A stretch of DNA of 63,921 nucleotides, counting the filler, from Octopus bimaculoides (lineage: Eukaryota): NCBI RefSeq assembly GCF_001194135.2. It is 6 parts of 4 records of this genome, joined end to end, with 100 filler letters (N's around TTAATTAATTAA, not from the genome) between each part and the next. Parts side by side here need not be neighbours in the genome. Positions count along the whole stretch, not along the records: positions 44,364 to 55,097 come from NC_068982.1; positions 55,198 to 57,627 come from NC_068991.1; positions 57,728 to 62,353 come from NC_068991.1; positions 62,454 to 63,921 come from NW_026437774.1; 2 more parts are not named here. One strand, 5' to 3'. Positions 53,180 through 63,921 of this stretch are shown here, in pieces. Both the position numbers and the translations under genes were made by a program. The stretch's first letter is position 1; each line of letters starts with the position of its first letter. The notes under the pieces were generated by a model that was not told where the DNA came from, did not search any database, and worked only from the letters and a program-made list of their open reading frames with translations.

Positions 53180-53660
53180 TCATCCGGTGAGACTGCTGCT
53201 ATTAATGTTCCTTTTGAACTTTTTAAAGCTAGTACATGCAAGAAAGACATGGACAAGAAGCGGATTCTGGGAAGGAAGGACTGAGAATAGAAACTGGTAT
53301 GGTGCCTGGGAAATTGGACACAGCAAGGGTGATGGAAGGAAGACGATCGAATGGATCGAGAATGCTCCTATGTAAAACTAGAATAATCCTAGACAGCGCC
53401 GGCGAACAAAGGTCATTATCATATAGGTTTAAATTGGCTGAGGGTAAAGACATCGCACCTATGTGAAAGACGTTGGAGCATGTTTGCGAGTGTCTTCATG
53501 CCAACGGATGGACTTTTCAAGATGCTGTCTAGGATGTCTGAGTGTGCAATAGCACCAGCACTGTCTCGGATTTCTATCTTCAGTTACAAAGATAGGTGAT
53601 AACTTTAGATTAAAACTCGATTGGAGTCTGTAATCTTCGATGCTAATTGAGGCAGCTATC
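53180..53660 (-). mobile_element. Decayed CR1/Jockey-like LINE 3' fragment
   Basis: IRDSAGAIAHSDILDSILK and HPCCVQFPRHHTSFYSQSFLPR, typical of CR1-group RT C-termini. Confidence 0.6.
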
Positions 53661-55011
53661 TATCAGCTATCGATTTATATGGCAACAATATTGTCTGTGA
53701 AAAGATATATGGAAGAAAAACCACTGACATTCGTGGCAATGCCAAGGTTGATGGTGGGAATGTTACTAAATAGTAAATACCAATCATAGTAAATTTCAAA
53801 CTTTATACCTTGTTTTTACTAAGCGACCATATAAGGACCACACCTTCATTTTTTTTTCATTGCACCGTTTTTCATTTTGACTAGTAAAACCCCACCCAGA
53901 ATTAAAACGCCAAACTACATCTCTTTAAAGTTTATCTTATATTTTTACATTTGAATAGATTTGATGGTGTATATTTCTTTTAACTTTTTTGGCATCCATT
54001 AAGAAATGGTTGAGAGAGCGATTTTCGTTTTGTTAAACTGTCTGGAGGCATTCGTTACTTGAAGCTATTTTCTCTACTCTAGTTTCTATGGTGAGAGAAA
54101 CATTTAATATTAAGATAATATTTAGTTTAATTCCTTAAATCAGCAGATAATACAGTTACTTTTTTTAATCTTTCCGTTTTGATTCCTAAAATATGAATTT
54201 TATATCACCACCTTGTATATACGACCACTGTATGAGGAAAGAAGTATAGCCGATATAATCGAAAATATGTGTGTGTATGGGTTAATTAACTCTCGTCAAC
54301 AGCACCTGTACTGTTATGCAAATTATTAAAGAGAACAATTTAGCTATATTCAGTTTTGTGTATACAATGTTTTGTATACACAATGAATAATAATGAATAA
54401 CGAGACATGTTTTTTCTTTGGTTTATTTGCCTACACGAAAGAAAAATGCGTCTCTTGTACTTGGGAATTGAAAATTTCGAATTTATTGAGTTTGAGCATA
54501 TTTTATACTATCTTAGATCGTGAAAGCGATTATGAACGTTGTTACTGACTAAAACAATATCACTACTCCATATTAACAGTAATACAGCTTCAGATCTTCA
54601 TCAATATCAAGCCATCTATTTGCAACCAAACTTTTGCAATTTTTCGATCACTTTCTCTATTTTGTTTTCTCTTCAGGCAAAGTTTTCAAAAGTTAACATT
54701 GCTTACTTAATGGCTATTTCAAAATATATTTTGTTAGCCGAAATATTTTGGCGTGATGATTCCCGCAATAGGCTAAATAGATATCAGTCCATTAAGAATG
54801 AGTTGAACTGCGTACAGTTCGTGCGTATGTACAGCAGAGTTCAAGGTCAATCTGTGTCAAGCAGCTTCATTCTACATGCTTTAGCTTCGTTGCTATGGCA
54901 ACAGTCCTGATACTTATTGATCAGATCTCGTATACATACATATATGTGTGTGTGTGTGTGTGTGTGTATGTCTACACACACATATATTTATATAGATATA
55001 GATAGATAGAC

Positions 55012-55071
<60 letters not shown>

Positions 55072-55202
55072 GTATCTGTATATGTATATATATATATNNN
55101 NNNNNNNNNNNNNNNNNNNNNNNNNNNNNNNNNNNNNNNNNTTAATTAATTAANNNNNNNNNNNNNNNNNNNNNNNNNNNNNNNNNNNNNNNNNNNNACA
55201 CA

Positions 55203-55375
55203 TACATATATATATATACATACATACGACGGGCTTCTTTCAGTTTCCGTCTACCAAATCCACTCACAAGGCTTTGGTCGGCCCAAGGCTATAGTAGAAG
55301 ACACTTGCCCAAGGTGCCACGCAGTGGGACTGAACCCGGAACCATGTGGTTGGTAAGCAAGCTACTTTTACCGCA
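55203..55375 (-). mobile_element. SINE family A 5' half, close to consensus
   Basis: cgacgggcttctttcagtttccgtctaccaaatccactcacaaggctttggtcggccc..gcagtgggactgaacccggaaccatgtggttgg. Confidence 0.9.
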
Positions 55376-55834
55376 CAAGTTTTGCGTAAACGTACTGAGT
55401 ATTAACGAATATATGACCAACTAAATTTAAGCATTTTATCTGGGCCATAATGTATCTAGATTATAATAATATATGTAAATGATATTTTATGATAATTTTT
55501 CTGTTTAGTCTTGCAAATTATTTTATATTTTCTACAATTGGTTTCACATTTTAAAAGTCTTTTTAGACTACTATCACTTCTATTCTATCCTATTCTCTTT
55601 CTGTGCTAATTTTATTCAAGGACATCTTCTGTATGATGTAATTACGATCTACAGTACTTGAGACATACTACGTAGCATTAGAAATTAGCTTTTTTTTACC
55701 TTCTTATATAGCAAGATAAAACAAAAGTAAGAAAGCATACATATATGTGTGTGTATGCATGTGTTTATGCGTCTATGCGTGTGTAAGTCTATTCTCTCTC
55801 TCTCTCTCTTCCTCTGTATAATATATATACATAC

Positions 55835-55866
<32 letters not shown>

Positions 55867-56440
55867 NNNNNNNNNNNNNNNNNNNNNNNNNNNNNNNNNN
55901 NNNNNNNNNNNNNNNNNNNNNNNNNNNNNNNNNNNNNNNNNNNNNNNNNNNNNNNNNNNNNNNNNNNNNNNNNNNNNNNNNNNNNNNNNNNNNNNNNNNN
56001 NNNNNNNNNNNNNNNNNNNNNNNNNNNNNNNNNNNNNNNNNNNNNNNNNNNNNNNNNNNNNNNNNNNNNNNNNNNNNNNNNNNNNNNNNNNNNNNNNNNN
56101 NNNNNNNNNNNNNNNNNNNNNNNNNNNNNNNNNNNNNNNNNNNNNNNNNNNNNNNNNNNNNNNNNNNNNNNNNNNNNNNNNNNNNNNNNNNNNNNNNNNN
56201 NNNNNNNNNNNNNNNNNNNNNNNNNNNNNNNNNNNNNNNNNNNNNNNNNNNNNNNNNNNNNNNNNNNNNNNNNNNNNNNNNNNNNNNNNNNNNNNNNNNN
56301 NNNNNNNNNNNNNNNNNNNNNNNNNNNNNNNNNNNNNNNNNNNNNNNNNNNNNNNNNNNNNNNNNNNNNNNNNNNNNNNNNNNNNNNNNNNNNNNNNNNN
56401 NNNNNNNNNNCAGCCAACATTTATTAATAACCATCTACGA

Positions 56441-56741
56441 CAGGGGTTTTCAAACTGTGGTCCGCGAGGACAAGACAGGGGGTCCGTGGAAAGCCAAGAC
56501 AGGGGGTCCGTGCAGAGCCAAGCAAGCACATCCTTCTCACTAAGTATGTATTAAAAAAATCCTGTGTGTATAATTGACAATAAACCTATTTGTTAAATAC
56601 TGTTGAATAAATAAATGTAAAAATATATGCTATTTTAAGCAAATATTTATGTATAAATTTCACAAGCGTTTATAAGGGGGTCCCTAAGGTAAAGCCTGAA
56701 ATATAAAGGGGTCTGCAAGTCAAAAAGTTTGAAAACCCCTG
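56441..56741. mobile_element. hAT-type MITE, 301 bp, with 16-bp TIRs and 8-bp TSD
   Basis: TIR caggggttttcaaact / agtttgaaaacccctg; TSD atctacga at 56433-56440 and 56742-56749. Confidence 0.92.
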
Positions 56742-57401
56742 ATCTACGAGACTCAGATCAAACTCACAATGAAATTCCCAATTCTCGTCCGAAACTGTAA
56801 CGATACTGTTTCATACTCGTACACGTATAATTTAAAATTCTAAAAACCACAACCAACAAAAATGACCTCTCTACTGATTTGGAATGAAGTCACTCATAAA
56901 CACGCCTTAATTTCTGCCCAACAGAAGTGGCACCTTTTCTCTCTGCCTCTTCTGACGCTACAACAGTGACTACAGCTTCTCAGGGTTGGCTGATCACAAG
57001 CCACATCCTCTCAGTTTCTCTCTTATTCTGTTACTTCTTGTCTCTGTCCTAACCATTCTATCGAGTTCTTCTTCCCAGAGCGTGTCCATTCGGGAATGTC
57101 CTTCCTGAACGTTTCCTTTACTGCATGTGAACCGTCTGGACCAATAGCTGCCCATCTTGGACTTCCTACCTAGAGATATTCGACTAAGTGAGTCCGACGA
57201 GCGATGTTTCTCTAAGAAGCGTACAAAACTTTTTATTTGTTTGGGGTCGGATCAAATTGTTTTAAATAAATAATATATGTAACTTGTAGTAAATATTTTT
57301 TCCTTTGTTTGATCACTCAACTGTGTGTATGTATGTATGTATGTATGTATGTATGTATGTATGTATGTATGTATGTATCTACCTATCTATCTATCTACCT
57401 A

Positions 57402-57463
<62 letters not shown>

Positions 57464-57562
57464 CACACATATGCATGCACACACATATATACTAATATAT
57501 GTGTGTGTGTGTCTGTGTGTGTGCATATATATATGTATATAGACATACACGCACACGCACAC

Positions 57563-57594
<32 letters not shown>

Positions 57595-57785
57595 ATATAA
57601 TATAATATAATATAATATAATATAATANNNNNNNNNNNNNNNNNNNNNNNNNNNNNNNNNNNNNNNNNNNNTTAATTAATTAANNNNNNNNNNNNNNNNN
57701 NNNNNNNNNNNNNNNNNNNNNNNNNNNATAATAATAATAATAATAAATTTATCATTCTTATTAACATTATCCTGACTATCATTAA

Positions 57786-57830
<45 letters not shown>

Positions 57831-59159
57831 GCAGCAGCAGCAGTAGCAGTGGTGGTGGTGGTGGTGCTGGTGGGGGTATGGGTGGTGGTAGGTGTTCTGT
57901 ATTACGTCACAGCATACGGGAAGGTATATGCAAAAGTGTACGATTGTCAATGTCAGTCCCTTGTGTGAGGGCATGTTGATGTGCAATCGTATGTAGAGCA
58001 TGTGTGTGTATATGTGTGTGTGCGTATTTGTATGTGTGTGCGTGCTTGCGTGTGTGTATGTGTATGTGTTTTTCTGTGATTGCGAGGGTGCAGAAAGTTG
58101 TGAATGTGTAAGTATTATGTAATAGAAAGATTTTGCTTATAAACTAATAATGAGAATAAATACAAAAGACAACAACAACCACAACAACAACAACAACAAC
58201 AACAACAATAATAATGATAATAACAATGATAATAATAATAATAATAATATTAATAATAATAATAATGATGATAAATAATGGTGATAAACAATAAGAATAA
58301 TGATGTGACGGATAATATAATAATAATGTAATAATGAAGCAATAATAATAAACATGACAGACAATATAATTAATGATTTCCAACAACAACAGGAACAACA
58401 ATAGCATTAACAATGTTGAGAGGAAGTTCAGTTAGCTCTTGCAAAGCATGCCTATAAATGCAGTGTACATAATCATGAACACTATCATCATCATCATCAT
58501 CATTATCAGCAGCAGCAGCAGCAACGACAGCAAATCGTCATCATAACCACCATGATCGTAGTCGTCATCATCATCATCATCATCATTATTATCGCTGCCG
58601 TCGTCAGCATCATTACTGTCCTTCCCATCATCCTCATTGCAATTCGCTTCACTTCTTTGCTGTTGCTGCTTATCCTCCCAGATCAAATCTGAAGCTGTGA
58701 GTCTATGGTGTAGAGTGCTCCCTCTGTGACTCATACGTTTATAAACACACACACACACACACACTGTACACACTACACACGCACTGTACACACTATACAC
58801 ACACACACACATGCGCACTCTTTTGTTTATACATACAGACCCGTGTCCACTCCTTTGTTTATGCATACAGATACCTATGCGAACTCCTTTGTTTATGCAC
58901 GCGCTTACATCACGACTGCAGAGCAAAACCAACAACGTCTTTGTTATTTTCGCTACATGTGAAATTATACGAAAATATAGGCATTTATTCACTATCTCCA
59001 TCCATGTGGTTGGAAAGCACAACCTTGCCCGCGCGCATGTATGCACAACAACCTCCTGGATTATCATTTTTAGACATGTTTTTACTCATAATCAGCGCCG
59101 TTATATTCTCTTTATTTAGCTGTGTTTAGACTAATTCTAAGTCTTGCCAACTTTTTTTT

Positions 59160-59335
59160 AATTCTTTTATTTGTTTCAGTCATTTGACTGCGGCGATGCT
59201 GGAGCACCACCTTTAGTCGAGCAAAATCCACCACGGGGGCTTATTCTTCGAAAGCTTAGTAATTTATTCTATCGGACTCTGTTGCCGAACCGCTATGTTA
59301 CGGGGACGTAAAGACACCAGCATCGGTTGTCAAGC
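59160..59335 (-). mobile_element. SINE family A 3' half, runs into gap
   Basis: tttcagtcatttgactgcggc..gctggagcacc..gccgaaccgct..ccagcatcggttgtcaagc. Confidence 0.85.
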
Positions 59336-60044
59336 NNNNNNNNNNNNNNNNNNNNNNNNNNNNNNNNNNNNNNNNNNNNNNNNNNNNNNNNNNNNNNNNN
59401 NNNNNNNNNNNNNNNNNNNNNNNNNNNNNNNNNNNNNNNNNNNNNNNNNNNNNNNNNNNNNNNNNNNNNNNNNNNNNNNNNNNNNNNNNNNNNNNNNNNN
59501 NNNNNNNNNNNNNNNNNNNNNNNNNNNNNNNNNNNNNNNNNNNNNNNNNNNNNNNNNNNNNNNNNNNNNNNNNNNNNNNNNNNNNNNNNNNNNNNNNNNN
59601 NNNNNNNNNNNNNNNNNNNNNNNNNNNNNNNNNNNNNNNNNNNNNNNNNNNNNNNNNNNNNNNNNNNNNNNNNNNNNNNNNNNNNNNNNNNNNNNNNNNN
59701 NNNNNNNNNNNNNNNNNNNNNNNNNNNNNNNNNNNNNNNNNNNNNNNNNNNNNNNNNNNNNNNNNNNNNNNNNNNNNNNNNNNNNNNNNNNNNNNNNNNN
59801 NNNNNNNNNNNNNNNNNNNNNNNNNNNNNNNNNNNNNNNNNNNNNNNAAAACAGAAGATTAAGTATTTCGAGGCCATATTCAAAAGTGATGGGAAGCGGG
59901 AGACTGAATAAGATGAGATAATTACAAATGCTGCCACGGTAGTATATCTCAGCTTCATTGTCCGATCTACTGAAAAAAAGATTTTCAGAAAAGCCGAACT
60001 TCCTACATTCAATTCAGTTTTTGCACCCATCCTCACCTATCTTT

Positions 60045-60477
60045 TTTCTTTTATTTCATCTTTTATTTGTTTCAGTCATTAAACAGCGGCCATGCTGGAG
60101 CACCGCCTTGAATTTTCAAGTCGAATGAATAGACCCCCCCAGGACGTATCTTTTATGCCTGGTACTTATTCTATCGCTCTCTTGCCGAACCGCTAAGTTA
60201 CGTGGATACAAACACACCTCCACAGGTTATCAAGAGTTTGTGAAGTGGGAGACAAACGCAGACAGGAAAACATACACATAGATACATACATACATACATA
60301 CATATATATAGACAAATATATAATGTGAGCTTCTTTCAGTTTCCGTCTATCGAATCCATTCACAATGCAGTGGTCAACTCGAAGCTATAGAAGAAAAGAC
60401 TTGCCCAAGGGACCACATAGTGGGACTGAACCCGGAACCAAGTGGTTGGAGAAGCAAGCTTCTTACCATACAACCAC
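60045..60477 (-). mobile_element. SINE family A near full-length copy
   Basis: Tail, gcggccatgctggagcaccgcc, cttctttcagtttccgtct, agcaagcttcttacc. Confidence 0.85.
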
Positions 60478-60484
60478 ATGATCG

Positions 60485-60790
60485 AAGGAGTACAACGACC
60501 AACACAAGCAGCCGAAATGAGATTCCTTCTCTGGAGTAACGCTACTCGATAGATTGCATAGCCTGGAGATCAGAGAATCTTTCTCGAAGCCGCTACTTCT
60601 CAACATTGAGTAGTCACAGCTCTGGTACTTTAAATACAGGATTAGAATGACGAAGAAAAGAATTGCATGACGAATTCTTTAAACAGAGTCAACTGACCGG
60701 AGACCTAGGAGTAGACCAAGAATATGGTTGGATAATACCTTTAGTCTCAGTTGGTCACGCGTGGGAATCCAGAAGGAAAGTATAACAACG
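60485..60790 (+). mobile_element. Decayed RTE 3' fragment
   Basis: QAAEMRFL..EPLLLNIE..RPRSRPRIWLDN..SLSWSRVGI. Confidence 0.65.
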
Positions 60791-61039
60791 TTGCTTTCGA
60801 CTGGAACTTAGGTATCCTAATTGCTTTGACTTGTTAGTTTGTTTACTTCCCCATAACATAGCTGTTCCTCAAAAGAGACCGATATTATAAGTAACAAGCT
60901 TGGAAATAAGTACTTGAGTCGATTTGTTCATCATGGTCATCGGCGCCGTCGTCGTTGTTGTACTGCTGCTGCTCCTCTTCCTCCTCCCTCTTCGCTTCCT
61001 CCTCCTCCTCCTCCTTCACATCGACTCCACTGTTCCGCT

Positions 61040-61180
61040 AGTACTTATTTCATCGAACCGGAAAGAATGAAAGGCAAAGTCGATTCCGGCGGCATTTGAA
61101 CTCAGAAACGTAAAGATGGACGAAATGCTAATCAACATTCTGCCCCGCGAGCTAACGACTCCACCAGCTCGCCGCCTTTC
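61040..61180 (-). mobile_element. SINE family B copy
   Basis: gtacttatttcatcga..gaatgaaaggcaaagtcga..atttgaactcagaa..gccgcct. Confidence 0.75.
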
Positions 61181-62178
61181 GAATCAGAAACAAAATTGAG
61201 ACGGAATATCAAAGCAATGAACCTAAAGTTCCATTCTTTGAATAAAATTAGAAAAAAAATCAAAGATGCTCGTACAGATGCCACTTCATTTTCTCGCTAT
61301 AATATAAACCAAGATAAATGTGTGTGGCCTGTATATATATGTGTGTGTATCTGTCTATGTGTTTATGTGTGTGTTTATGTATTCATGTGTTCCTTTGTCT
61401 TGGTGCGGGTACACACACACACACACACACACAAAACAAATAATTTCAAATATATATATATATATGTAGATCTGCGCCTCTGTGTGTTTTTGCGTGTGTA
61501 ATATTTTTCTCATAGACACTCATACACACACACACATACATATTGTACATGTAGTTCACATTTCTAATATAATCCATTTTAATAAATCTATAAATAAAAA
61601 AATTTTCGAGAAGAACTTGTAGGGTTATCAAAATATGTTTTGTAATTCTCTTTAACATATTTCATATTACTATTAATTCAGGCTTCAAATATTTAATCTA
61701 GTAATATATTTAAAATTTTCTTAGCTTTAATTCTTTCTATGTAATTTAATTATTTGAACGAACTGAAGCACTTGTGGCGCAACAATTACCCTTACAAAAC
61801 AACATCTGGTTTGAGCTTCCATAACAATACATAATTGTAAGTATATACGTTTTGGAGCTAACTGAAACGCATGTATATATATATATAATACAATATGATA
61901 TATATATGTATTATATATTCACGCATGCGTCAGTCGTTTTAATCAGTAAAATATCGTATAAACAAACTACATATACCGTTCTTTTACGCATCCACACACA
62001 CACAATTTGAAATAAGTTGAAAGTTATGACCATGGTATATGCGAAATAAATAATGGAAGAGAATGAATCTTGAGTGAACAGTTATAAAGAAAATTTTCTT
62101 ATATATTTACATACTGATAACATACGTTAGCATACATAAACAAATATTCATATGCATAAACACGCAGGTGCATATTAG

Positions 62179-62246
<68 letters not shown>

Positions 62247-62464
62247 TGTATATACATCAATAAAGCGATAAAGTGCACCAATCACCACCAGTAATGCTAG
62301 ATATATGAGAGAAAACAACGCAATTGCTAGGGAAAGCATTATCTTAAAGACTGNNNNNNNNNNNNNNNNNNNNNNNNNNNNNNNNNNNNNNNNNNNNTTA
62401 ATTAATTAANNNNNNNNNNNNNNNNNNNNNNNNNNNNNNNNNNNNNNNNNNNNATGTGCATATT

Positions 62465-63090
62465 CATATCTATTATATAAAAGTCAATGTCATTATGTGT
62501 GTTACTTATACATTCGAAAACTACTGCATCGATCCTAATGAAATTTGGAACACAAAATCCAAGCCTAGGGAGAAGGGTAATGCCGTGTGTTTCATACAAT
62601 TTCATGGACCAAAATTACTGAATGAATCCTTATGCTATTTGGAACTTAGATTCAATGCATAACGACAGCTAAAATGCAGTAGACTTGGTTTGAATTTGAG
62701 ATGGTTTAAAGGGGGCAGAACCCCCATGAAAATTCATAAATTTTCGATGTTGCTGAAATTTCAACCATGGGTAATTGACACACATCAAGAAGTATTCTCA
62801 AAGTTTCCACTTCTCATGAAGATTCTAAAACCCCTTAATGGAGGCCTTAACTCCCAAATTTTAGTCATTTTTTATTCTCCAAAACTACGTCAAAAGTACT
62901 GAATGGATCTTTATGAAATTTCGAAATTATATTCTATGCATAAGGGCTATAACCCCCATGAAAATTCATATATGTTGATGAAATTTTAACCATACATATT
63001 AAACACAAATGAAGTAATATTTCTAAAATTTCATTTTCTTAGAAGTTAGAAAGACCCCTTCATGGGGACTTAACACCCACAATTTAGTCA
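62465..63090 (+). mobile_element. DINE-1/HINE (Helentron-associated)-like non-autonomous element with internal subrepeats
   Basis: cgaaaactactgcatcgatcctaatgaaatttgg and caaaagtactgaatggatctttatgaaatttcg cores; repeated aacccccatgaaaattcat..tgaaattt.aaccat unit. Confidence 0.5.
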
Positions 63091-63921
63091 TTTTATCTAA
63101 GCAAAGACGAATACAGTTGTACTATTGGAACCTATAGGGTCACCCGAACATAAAAGATGAGCGTTATTTGTAATTCAATGGTACAACAGTGTAAGAGTTT
63201 GCTTTGAGATATACTTAGATTATGATTTCTGGAATGTGGTGCATAAATTGTCGAGTGAATGAGAGGCATCTTTGCCTCCACTGATTCAGTTGCAAAGTGT
63301 TGAGTAAAGTTATTTGGTTGCAGGCCCCTTTTGAGTCTTCTTATTATCACTGGGTCACACATAGTCCTCGGATGGTAACATTGATTTCAAGGCCTTCCCA
63401 GATGAGTGACTGGTTATTGAAAGACATTTATAGATTGTAAATTTATTCTGTCCATACCTATCGGTATAGTGGTCATTTGCAAACTCCAGAGGTGACACTT
63501 TCATTTCCCCTTAACCCTCACGTCACACAGTTGTTAATGTTTCAGTTGACTCACGCCCTTCCAATTGTTATAGATCCGTAATGCATTTTACGGCTGTGCC
63601 TGTCACCTGTATGGTGAGGAATCCTACATTGGGGAGTAGTAACGACTAGGGTAGGGTAGCTGACTGCTTATTGTGATCATTCGTCTTTTGGTTTCCTGTA
63701 GCCTTGATCTCTTTTACAAACCCAGTGAACATACATATATTTCCTACTTCAAAGAAATTCGAACAATACATATAAGCCTCAAGGTAAAAAGATTCTCAAC
63801 AATTCAACTTCTCTGGTTGACATTAAAGACACCCAACCCCAATAGGGGTCTTAACTCCCACATTTTAAAGCTCCATAACCTCCATTTTTCAGGAGCAAAA
63901 TCCTTTTAACAGGTTCCATAA

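Noticed and set aside
54539-54910. 123-aa plus-strand ORF
   Set aside because: No recognisable motif or consistent splice partners
58432-58680. Poly-His/Gln/Asp protein-like stretches
   Set aside because: Mixed trinucleotide microsatellites, no coding context
58920-59067. CFPTTWMEIVNKCLYF resembling a C-type lectin N-terminus
   Set aside because: Cys spacing off by one, upstream stop with no acceptor, and no downstream CTL motifs

Overview
AT-rich, microsatellite- and SINE-saturated eukaryotic draft scaffold with many N gaps. The SINE families and repeat landscape point to a cephalopod, probably Octopus (inference). Almost all long entries in the ORF track are microsatellite or N-gap artefacts, or decayed transposons. 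The main result is invisible to the ORF track: two paralogous 4-exon genes that I assembled by hand from splice signals. Gene A is on + (exons 2832-2865, 3435-3525, 8023-8110, 10412-10471; 90 aa) and gene B is on - (21790-21826, 20940-21030, 19985-20072, 18481-18540; 91 aa), facing tail-to-tail. They share intron phases 1/2/0, exon 2/3/4 lengths of 91/88/60 nt, a signal peptide, an identical C-X7-C-X13-C-X8-C-X7-C-X11-C spacing and a 19-aa hydrophobic C-terminal tail. They are only 17/79 identical after the signal-peptide exon. I do not recognise the family. The rest of the window holds decayed R4/Dong, RTE, CR1-like and Tx1 LINEs, Penelope, Gypsy gag, a Ginger/KRBA2-type integrase, Tc1, mariner, a hAT MITE, a DINE-1/HINE-like element, three or more tRNA-derived SINE families, several hairpins and palindromes, and TTAATTAATTAA assembly spacers.
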